A stretch of 64,000 nt of DNA. Origin: Solirubrobacterales bacterium. Its GTDB lineage: Bacteria; Actinomycetota; Thermoleophilia; Solirubrobacterales; 70-9. How positions within the stretch are numbered: the first letter of the stretch is position 1; each line of letters opens with the position of its first letter. The DNA lies in assembly GCA_041393445.1 (NCBI GenBank), contig JAWKKC010000006.1, forward strand, positions 29,876-93,875. The letters run 5' to 3'. Position numbers and translations under genes: made by a program. Shown here piece after piece: positions 57,201 through 64,000 of this stretch. The notes under the pieces were generated by a model. It was given only the letters and a program-made list of their open reading frames with translations, was not told the origin of the DNA and did not search any database.

Positions 57201-58354
57201 GCGACCTCGACCGCATCGACGACCGATTGGGCGGGCTCGCCGAGCGCTCCCTCGACGCCCTGGCGGCGATGTTCGACGAGGGCACGGGGCTCTTCTCCCA
57301 GAAGACCGAGGTGGTTGACGGCGCCTACGCGAACCGGGGGGCCAACGTCCTCTATTCGGCGGTTTCCCTGGTCGGGATCCTGCGACAGCGGCGCCGCCCC
57401 GCGGACGGAGTGCTGCCGGTCGGGCGGGCTTTGGACGGGATCCACGCGGCGACCCTGCGGAGCCGGCGGCCCGGTGAGATCGCCAACCTGGTGTGGGCGA
57501 TGTCGATCGCCGAGGACCGGCGCGGTGCCGAGCTGCTCGACCTGCTCGTCGAGGTCGATCCCGCGGGCTGCTCGAGCGGCGAGCTCGGCCAGGTCCTCTA
57601 CGGGCTTTCGATCGGCGCCGAGACGCACGCCGCCGGCCGCGACCGTGCGATCGCGGCCGCGACGGCCGCGGCGGCCGAGCTGCTGGCCCGTTTCGTGCCG
57701 GGCCCGTCCGTATTTCGCGCCTCGCCGCGCCGCCGCCTGCCGCGGCGGGAGCTGCTGGAGGTCGGCCTGACGAGCTTCGCGGCCCAGGTCTACCCGCTGC
57801 ACGGCCTCACCGCCTTCCACCTCCTGAGCGGGGAGGGGCCGCCCGCCGCGATGGCGGCGGTGGCGGACCGGATCGTCGAGGCCCAGGGCCCGCTCGGGCA
57901 GTGGTGGTGGATCTACTCCAGCCGGCAGCGGGTCGTGATCGAGGGCTATCCGGTCTACTCGGTCCACCAGGACGGGATGGCGTTCCTCGGGCTGCTCGAG
58001 CTCGAGCGGCTGGGCCTCGGCGACTTCGCCGGGTCGCTGGCGCTCGGCCTCGACTGGGTCTTCGGCGAGAACGAGCTTGGCGCCGGCCTGGCACGCGGCG
58101 AGCCGTGGCTCGTGCACCGCTGTATCCAGCGCATCGGCAGCGATGCCGACGGGGCCTACGGCGTCTCCCGCGCCAACCTGCGGCAGGTGTTCTGGCGCTC
58201 GCTGGCGCCGCTGGCCGCCGGTGAGCGAACCGGGGCGGCGCCCGGGCGCCTGGAGATCCTCGAGGAGTGCCGCTCCTACCACCTCGGCTGGCTTCTGTAC
58301 GCCGACTCCCTGGTCCAGGACGCCCGGGCGAGGGCGGCCGATGGCGGCGCCTGA
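57197..58354 (+). CDS. Hypothetical protein (helical-repeat, possibly alpha/alpha-toroid)
   Basis: 385 aa with 4-nt overlap to the preceding gene and good GC3. The only feature I can point to is QWWWIYSS...YPVYSVHQDGMAF. Confidence 0.55.
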   Translation: MSDLDRIDDRLGGLAERSLDALAAMFDEGTGLFSQKTEVVDGAYANRGANVLYSAVSLVGILRQRRRPADGVLPVGRALDGIHAATLRSRRPGEIANLVWAMSIAEDRRGAELLDLLVEVDPAGCSSGELGQVLYGLSIGAETHAAGRDRAIAAATAAAAELLARFVPGPSVFRASPRRRLPRRELLEVGLTSFAAQVYPLHGLTAFHLLSGEGPPAAMAAVADRIVEAQGPLGQWWWIYSSRQRVVIEGYPVYSVHQDGMAFLGLLELERLGLGDFAGSLALGLDWVFGENELGAGLARGEPWLVHRCIQRIGSDADGAYGVSRANLRQVFWRSLAPLAAGERTGAAPGRLEILEECRSYHLGWLLYADSLVQDARARAADGGA

Positions 58355-59507
58355 CCCCGGTCGCCGCGGACGGCGGATCGCCGTCGTCTCGCTCCACGCC
58401 CACCGCGCCCTCGCGCCGCGTGGCGAGCGGACCCGGCACCTGGTCGCGAGGTTGCGGCGGGACTGGGAGGTCGAGCTGGTGGCGCCGCCGGCGGCGATGG
58501 CGACGGGCGGCGCCGCCGGGTCGGGGCGATCCAGCTTGCCGCGCCGCGCCGCGGCGCGGGCGGTCGCCGCGACCCTGCTCGACAAGTGGGAGCCTTGGAG
58601 CGCCAGGAACCTGGGCAGATGGCAGTCGCGGGTCGATGCGGCGCTGTTGATCGGCCACCCGTTCTCGCCGCTCGTCTACGCGGCGCGGCGGCTGCGGGCG
58701 GCCGGGATCCCCTACGCGGTCGACGTCGGCGACCCCTGGGTGCTGACCACCGCCGGGCACGGCATGAGGGGGGTCGCCCTGTGGCGCGCCCGCCGTGCCG
58801 AGCGGCGGCTCTGGCAGGGGGCCGCGGCAGCGGTGCTGACCACCGCCGGGCAGGCCGCGGGCGTGTCAGAGGTGAGCCCGGAGCTCGCTACGCTGGTGCG
58901 CCCCAACGGCTACGACGGCAGCTCGCCGCCGGGCGAGTGGGCGATCGCCCCGGTGACGGCAGGCTCGCCCCTGCGGATCGCCCATTTCGGGATGTTCAAC
59001 AACCAACGCCTCGATCCCCGGCCGCTGCTCGCCAGGCTGGCCGGCTCCGGTCTTTGGAGCCGCGTCTCGCTGGCCCAGTTCGGCGACGACTTCGCCGGGT
59101 TCCTCGATCGTCCCCCCGCGGGGGTGGAGGTCGAGCGACACCCCGCATATCCTTGGCAGCAAGTGCTCAACCGGGCAACCGATTTCGATCTCGCGGTCGT
59201 GGTCGGTAACGTCAACCCGAGCCAACTGCCGAGCAAGGCCGTGCAATACCTCACCCTGCCGATCCCTCGCCTCGCGATCAGTCGCGGCGATGACTCGCTT
59301 GCCGCCTACCTCGCCGACAAGCCCGGTTGGCTCGTTCTGGGAGCCGAGCGGGAAGACGCGCCGGCGGCCGTCCGGGCTCATCTCGACCGGAACTGGAGCG
59401 CTGCGCAGCTCGACGCCCCGCGGTCGGAGAGCTGGCCCGCGGTCGCCGACGCGATCGCCGACTTCCTCGAGCGCAGGCTCGGCGCCGAGCGGGCGGGTGC
59501 GCGGTGA
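58341..59507 (+). CDS. Hypothetical protein, possibly a GT-B-fold glycosyltransferase
   Basis: 388 aa from ATG 58341. N-terminal RRIAVVSLHAH...LVAPP is Rossmann-like. No EX7E motif was seen, so function is uncertain. Confidence 0.5.
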   Translation: MAAPDPGRRGRRIAVVSLHAHRALAPRGERTRHLVARLRRDWEVELVAPPAAMATGGAAGSGRSSLPRRAAARAVAATLLDKWEPWSARNLGRWQSRVDAALLIGHPFSPLVYAARRLRAAGIPYAVDVGDPWVLTTAGHGMRGVALWRARRAERRLWQGAAAAVLTTAGQAAGVSEVSPELATLVRPNGYDGSSPPGEWAIAPVTAGSPLRIAHFGMFNNQRLDPRPLLARLAGSGLWSRVSLAQFGDDFAGFLDRPPAGVEVERHPAYPWQQVLNRATDFDLAVVVGNVNPSQLPSKAVQYLTLPIPRLAISRGDDSLAAYLADKPGWLVLGAEREDAPAAVRAHLDRNWSAAQLDAPRSESWPAVADAIADFLERRLGAERAGAR

Positions 59508-60769
59508 GGCAAGCCCTCCCGATCCCCCGCGGCCCCTCGGCACTTGCGATCGCCTCGACCGCGGTAGCCGCGACCGTGCTCGGCCTGCTGATGGTCCGCT
59601 CGCCGGTTCTGGCCGGCCTCGGGCTCGGCGCCCTGGCGGTCGGGGTCGCGATGACGCGGTTCGGGCTCGTCGCGCTCGTCGTGTCGTGCTTCGGCCTGCT
59701 GCCCTGGCTGGTGATCCTCGAGGGCAAGCTGCCCGGCGAGGTCGGGACGTTCACGGCGGCGGTCGCCGCCGGCTCGCTGATCGTGGTCGCCTGGCCGCTG
59801 CGCTTCGAGTCGATGGCGATCCCGGTCGCTGCCTTTTTCTGGGTCGCGATCGTCCTCGGGCACGCGATTTTCGCCACCGACTTCGAGGCGTTGATCCAGG
59901 CCTGCAAGTACATGGTCTTCCCCGCGATGGCCCTGGCGGTGACCAGCGAGAGCGGGCGGCAGATCGCCGCCGAGCTGAAGTGGCCGGTGCTCGGCAGTGG
60001 CCTCGCGGCGATGGCCTTTCACCTCGGCATCGTCGCCGCCGGCCTCGGCGCCTCCTCGACCTACTACGGGGCCGGCGAGAAGCTCGGCTTCGCCGCCGAA
60101 GGGCCGCACGCGCTGGCACTGATGTCGATGATCGTCGCGACCGCCGGCCTCACCGCCCCGAGACTGCGCGAGCGGTTCGCGTTCTTCGGCCTCGGCGCGG
60201 TCGCAACGACCCTGAGCGGCGTTCGCTCGGCGCTGCTCGGGCTGGTCGTCGCGCTCGCCGTCTACTTGTGGCGGGCGCCCCGCAAAGCGCAGGCGGTTGC
60301 CGTGCTGGCCGTGGTCGCCGCGATCGCGGTGGCGACCGGCGCACTGGACGTCGTCGGCAGCCGCCTCGAGTCCCACAGCCAGGAATTCTCGTCCTTCTCG
60401 AGCGCCGGCTCCGGGCGCGGCGAAATCTGGACCGTCGCCTTCAACGCCTGGGACGCTGCCGGGCCGTCCGCCTGGGCGTTCGGCACCGGCCTCCGCTCGA
60501 TCCCCGATTTCGAGCTGAGGGCGCTGGGCAGCGAGCTGGTCGGGCACAGCGACATCGTCGAGGTCCTGGTCCAGATCGGCTTCTTCGCCTTCTGCGCCTG
60601 GATCGCGATCTGGGTCGGCCTGTTGCGCGCTCGCCTGCAGCCGCTCGTCCTCGTGCCGATCGCCGTCTTCGGAGTGGTCAACGGCTCCCTGGAATACGTC
60701 GCTCCGCTGACCGCGGGCATCTTCCTTGCCGCCGCCTGTGCCGACCGGCCTACGAGAGGCGGGACCTGA
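59504..60769 (+). CDS. O-antigen ligase/polymerase (Wzy_C) family membrane protein
   Basis: GTGA overlap at 59504-59507. About 10-12 TM segments with GVRSALLGLVVALAVYLW and a periplasmic loop ending in GHSDIVEVLVQIGFFAF. Confidence 0.7.
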   Translation: MRQALPIPRGPSALAIASTAVAATVLGLLMVRSPVLAGLGLGALAVGVAMTRFGLVALVVSCFGLLPWLVILEGKLPGEVGTFTAAVAAGSLIVVAWPLRFESMAIPVAAFFWVAIVLGHAIFATDFEALIQACKYMVFPAMALAVTSESGRQIAAELKWPVLGSGLAAMAFHLGIVAAGLGASSTYYGAGEKLGFAAEGPHALALMSMIVATAGLTAPRLRERFAFFGLGAVATTLSGVRSALLGLVVALAVYLWRAPRKAQAVAVLAVVAAIAVATGALDVVGSRLESHSQEFSSFSSAGSGRGEIWTVAFNAWDAAGPSAWAFGTGLRSIPDFELRALGSELVGHSDIVEVLVQIGFFAFCAWIAIWVGLLRARLQPLVLVPIAVFGVVNGSLEYVAPLTAGIFLAAACADRPTRGGT

Positions 60770-61754
60770 CGCCCCGGTAGAGCCGGAAGTAGGCCTTGTC
60801 CAGCGAGGCTCGGGCGACCCCCAGCTTGCTCAGCTGGTCCCGCCAGCGGGCGGCGTAGGCGGCCAGGTCGGGGGCGGGGTGGACCAGGTCGAGACCTTCG
60901 AGCAGCACCGGGTGAAGGCGCTGGTAGAACGGCTTGGCGAGGTCGGGCCTGCCGTGGTCGCCGAGGCTGTAGAGGGTCCACCAGCCGATGTCGTAGCGGG
61001 GCAGCAGCTCGATCAGGCCGGAGGCACTGGCCCGCAACAGCTCGCGAGCGCGCTGGTGGCCGCTCGCCACGGCCAGCTCGTGGACGCCGAAGAGGGCGAA
61101 GATCCAGCCGTTGAGGACGGCCTCGGGCGCCGGGGTTGGATACTCCTCGAGGACCGGGTGCCCGTCGAGCAGGTTCTGCGTACCCCCCTCGGAGACCGGA
61201 ACCAGCAGGGGCTCGAAGGCTTCGTGGGCGAGCTCGAGATAGCGGTCGGCGCCGGTCAGCTGGCCGGCACGGAGAAGCACGGAGATCGCCTGCCCCTGGC
61301 CCATCGCGGAGACCCAGCCGGGCCGCAGCCCGTACTTGGGCACCTCCAGCTGGGTTCGCCAAACCATGCCGTTTGCCCCGGGCTCGGCATTGTCGACCAG
61401 CCAATCGGCGAGGAAGGTGAACTCCCTCTCGACGTCCATGCCCTCGTAGCGCAGGTCCCAGAAGCCGAGCGCCGACTGGGCAATCGGGATCACCCAGGGA
61501 AAGTCCTGTTCGCCGAACCCGTTGGCCGGCATCCCGTCGATCGTGTTGGTCGCCTTGTGGCGGAGGTCGCAGTAGTACCCGGCGATTGCGGCCGGGTCGA
61601 CGTGGCTGCCGAGGGGCTGGGCGGCGAAGTCGACCGTCCGGCCCGCCACCGACGCGTACGCGAGCTTCAGCTCGCGCCAAGCTGTTCGGAGCTTTCCGGG
61701 GGCGGGCGACTTCACTTGCGAGGTCCTCGACCCTGGCGGAGACAAGGCGGGCAC
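60750..61754 (-). CDS. D-glucuronyl C5-epimerase C-terminal-domain-like protein
   Basis: 334 aa with GWVSAMGQGQAISVLLRAGQLTGADRYLELA, EEYPT and VLNGWIFALFGVHELA, matching my memory of the C5-epim_C family signature (W.SAM.QG.A.S.L.RAY...YL; EEYP; LNG). Confidence 0.65.
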   Translation of the reverse strand: MPALSPPGSRTSQVKSPAPGKLRTAWRELKLAYASVAGRTVDFAAQPLGSHVDPAAIAGYYCDLRHKATNTIDGMPANGFGEQDFPWVIPIAQSALGFWDLRYEGMDVEREFTFLADWLVDNAEPGANGMVWRTQLEVPKYGLRPGWVSAMGQGQAISVLLRAGQLTGADRYLELAHEAFEPLLVPVSEGGTQNLLDGHPVLEEYPTPAPEAVLNGWIFALFGVHELAVASGHQRARELLRASASGLIELLPRYDIGWWTLYSLGDHGRPDLAKPFYQRLHPVLLEGLDLVHPAPDLAAYAARWRDQLSKLGVARASLDKAYFRLYRGVRSRLS

Positions 61755-61843
61755 CGGGGCACCATGTTACCCATCGACACCTTCCTGCCCGCGACCGTCG
61801 GAGCCAATATGGTTTCGGCGGAGCCGTCGAGACGGGCCAATCA

Positions 61844-62941
61844 GTGACCGAAGCCGATCGAGCGAGAGCCAGTCGCCCCCGGGTTGCGCATCTGGGCCCC
61901 GATCCCACGGGCGGGGGCGGGATGGCGGCCGTCATCAGGGGCCTGCTCGAGTCGCCGCTCGCGCAGGCCTACGAGATGGAGGCGATCGTGACCTACCGCG
62001 GCGCCCGGCCCCTCGCGCGGGTCGCCACCTTTGCGCGATCGCTGGCCGCGTTGACCGCCTGGTCGCGGCGGGGCGGGCCGCGGCTGGCCCACGTGCACTC
62101 CGCGGCCCGGGGAAGCCTCTACCGCAAGGGCCTGGTCGTCGCGTTGGCGCGAGCGCTGCGGGTGCCGGTCGTCTTCCACGTCCACGCCGGCAGCGTCGAC
62201 ATCGAGGAGTTCGACGCTCGCATCGGGCGGTTCCGGCGCTGGGCGATCGGCCGGGCCCTGCAGGTCTCGACGCGGGTCCTCGCGGTCTCGGCGAAGACGG
62301 CGACGGCGATCGAGGCCTGCTTCGGGAGGCGCGGGATCGGCGTGGTGCCCAACTCGGCCCCGCCGCTGCCCCCCCAGGCGCGGCCGCTCGACCCGGGTGG
62401 AGAGGCCGAGAACCGCGTCCTCTACCTCGGTGGCTTCGCCAATCCCGTCAAGGGGGGCGAGCCGTTGCTCGAGGCGCTGAGCCGGGTCGCGGCCGAGCAT
62501 CCCGACACCAGCTTCGCGCTGGCCGGGCCCGGCGACCCACCGCCGCGGCTGCTCGAGCTGATCGGGGCGGCCGGGAACGTCGAGTGGCTCGGCTGGCTCG
62601 ACCCCGCTGCCAAGGCGGACGAGCTGGCCCGCAGCGCGATCTTCGTCCTGCCCTCGCTCTCGGAGGGGCTTCCCGTGGCGTTGCTGGAGGCGATGACCTG
62701 GGGTCGGGCGATCGTCGCCACCGGAGTCGGCGGCGTGCCTGACGTGGTCGCCGACGGCAGCGACGCGATCATCGTGCCCCCCGCCGACGTCGCGGCGCTG
62801 GCGGTGGCGATCGAGGCTCTCGCCGCCGACCCCGGGCGGCGCGGCGCGCTCGGCGCCGCCGCCAGGGAGCGGGCGGCCGCCCTCAACGAAGTCGAGGTCT
62901 GCGGTCGCCTCGACGCGATCTACCGGGAGGTATTGGCATGA
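61844..62941 (+). CDS. Family-4 (GT-B) glycosyltransferase
   Basis: RVAHLGPDPTGGGGMAAV N-terminus and C-terminal VLPSLSEGLPVALLEAMTWGRAIVATGVGGVPDVV (EX7E region). GTG 61844 is provisional. Confidence 0.8.
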   Translation: MTEADRARASRPRVAHLGPDPTGGGGMAAVIRGLLESPLAQAYEMEAIVTYRGARPLARVATFARSLAALTAWSRRGGPRLAHVHSAARGSLYRKGLVVALARALRVPVVFHVHAGSVDIEEFDARIGRFRRWAIGRALQVSTRVLAVSAKTATAIEACFGRRGIGVVPNSAPPLPPQARPLDPGGEAENRVLYLGGFANPVKGGEPLLEALSRVAAEHPDTSFALAGPGDPPPRLLELIGAAGNVEWLGWLDPAAKADELARSAIFVLPSLSEGLPVALLEAMTWGRAIVATGVGGVPDVVADGSDAIIVPPADVAALAVAIEALAADPGRRGALGAAARERAAALNEVEVCGRLDAIYREVLA

Positions 62942-63777
62942 GTGGCGACCCGCACCGGGCGGCGCTGGGGCGACGCTCGGCCCTGCGCGGGCGGGCGCGC
63001 CGGGCCGTCTTCCTCTGCTACCACTCGGTGACCGACGACGGCCCGCCCTACCTCTCGCTGAGCCCGGCGACGCTCGAGAGCCAGCTGCGGATCCTCGCCT
63101 CGGCGGGCTACTCGAGCGGCACCCGGTCCGATCTCGACGAGCTGGCGGCGGGCCGCGGGGTCGGCCGCCGTGCCTTCCTGACCTTCGACGACGGCTTCGC
63201 CGACACCGCCGACACGGCGATGCCGATCCTGCGCGAGGCGGGCTTCGCCGGGATGGCCTTCCTGCTCCCCGCCCACCTCGATGCCGGTGCGCCGCTGGAC
63301 TGGCCCGACGTCGCCGGTGAGGCGAAGCGGCGGCCGCAGCTGATGCGCTCGGTCGACTGGGCGATGGCCGAGCAGCTCGCCGGAGCCGGCTGGGCGATCG
63401 GCAGCCACGGGATCAGCCACCGCCGCATGCCGAACCTCTCCGACGAGGAGCTGACCGAGGAGCTGCTCGACTCGCGCCGGCGCCTGGCCGACCGCTTCGG
63501 CGCCTGCGACATGCTCGCCTACCCGTTCGGCGACTGGGACGAGCGGGTCGCCGCCGCGGCGGCGGCGGCAGGCTACGAGTTTGCCTTCTCGCTGCCGTTT
63601 GGCGAGCAGAAGGAGGCGACCCGCCTCTCGATCCCGCGGGTCATGGTCGACGATCGCGACGTCTCCTGGCGCTTTCGGGCGAAGCTGACCCGGTTCGGCC
63701 GCGAGGCGCTTTTCTCGCCGCTGCGCCCGGTGGTCAGGAAGATGCTGCGCCGCCGTCCGCACTCCCACGCCGAGTGA
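62938..63777 (+). CDS. Polysaccharide deacetylase (CE4/NodB homology domain)
   Basis: [20 protein letters not shown] and LAYPFGDWD motifs. ATGA overlap with the GT4 gene. Confidence 0.85.
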   Translation: MSGDPHRAALGRRSALRGRARRAVFLCYHSVTDDGPPYLSLSPATLESQLRILASAGYSSGTRSDLDELAAGRGVGRRAFLTFDDGFADTADTAMPILREAGFAGMAFLLPAHLDAGAPLDWPDVAGEAKRRPQLMRSVDWAMAEQLAGAGWAIGSHGISHRRMPNLSDEELTEELLDSRRRLADRFGACDMLAYPFGDWDERVAAAAAAAGYEFAFSLPFGEQKEATRLSIPRVMVDDRDVSWRFRAKLTRFGREALFSPLRPVVRKMLRRRPHSHAE

Positions 63778-64000
63778 GCAGAGCGCGCAGCACCATCGCC
63801 GCGAAGCGGGCGTTGGTCTCGACGTAGCGGCGGGCCAGCCGGCGCGGCTCCTGCCACAGTCGGTACGCCCACTCCAGGCCGAGCCGCTGCAGGGCGACCG
63901 GGGCCCGCCGGGTGACGCCGGCGATCACGTCGACCGAGCCGCCGACCCCCATCGCGAAGGGAACGCCGAGGTTCTCCCCCTGCTCGCCCAGGAAGTACTC
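63734..64000 (-). CDS. WecB/TagA/CpsF (GT26) family glycosyltransferase, C-terminal part only (gene continues beyond the window)
   Basis: The frame is open to the window edge. ...[49 protein letters not shown] is the conserved GT26 C-terminus. Confidence 0.8.
   Translation of the reverse strand, partial: EYFLGEQGENLGVPFAMGVGGSVDVIAGVTRRAPVALQRLGLEWAYRLWQEPRRLARRYVETNARFAAMVLRALLTRRGSADGGAASS

Overview
This is a 64-kb stretch of a very GC-rich bacterial chromosome (about 70% GC by eye). It is densely packed with genes on both strands. It contains no rRNA, CRISPR array, transposase or integrase. The content fits an Actinomycetota-type genome, possibly Thermoleophilia or Rubrobacteria-like, but that placement is only a guess. 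Supporting features are a Cheo/mycobacterial-type LexA box in front of lexA, a ydaO-type c-di-AMP riboswitch in front of an RlpA-like wall protein, two MMPL transporters, an HtdX/FabG4/FadA2-like lipid operon, GTP-dependent PEPCK and GSI-type glnA. RNA genes are tRNA-Leu(GAG) and RNase P RNA (rnpB). The ORF track reads straight through rnpB. Housekeeping content includes two tandem ddl paralogues, a processive GT2 synthase, lexA, glnA, sucCD-like genes, pckG, pabC/pabA/pabB, several acyl-CoA dehydrogenases and a TetR-headed seven-gene beta-oxidation-like operon. The most interesting locus is 36588-44665. It holds seven translationally coupled genes: an AcpS-type PPTase, an 80-aa carrier protein, an ACAD-like flavoenzyme, a truncated class II aaRS homologue (amino acid:carrier-protein ligase type), a DUF1839/BtrH-like Cys protein, a GH2 beta-mannosidase-like protein, and a two-domain alpha/beta hydrolase with a GxCxG elbow. 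This looks like a complete carrier-protein pathway with no NRPS or PKS module and an unknown product. The second accessory region (50769 to the window end) is a surface-glycan cluster. It contains wecB, a sugar dehydrogenase, a Wzx-like flippase, a Wzy/O-antigen-ligase-like protein, GT4 and GT26 transferases, a CE4 deacetylase, a D-glucuronyl C5-epimerase-like gene, and FemAB-like and CelD-like acyltransferases. All calls rest on reading the translations, motifs and codon bias (GC3). No database search was possible, so family names are recollection-based and start codons are approximate.
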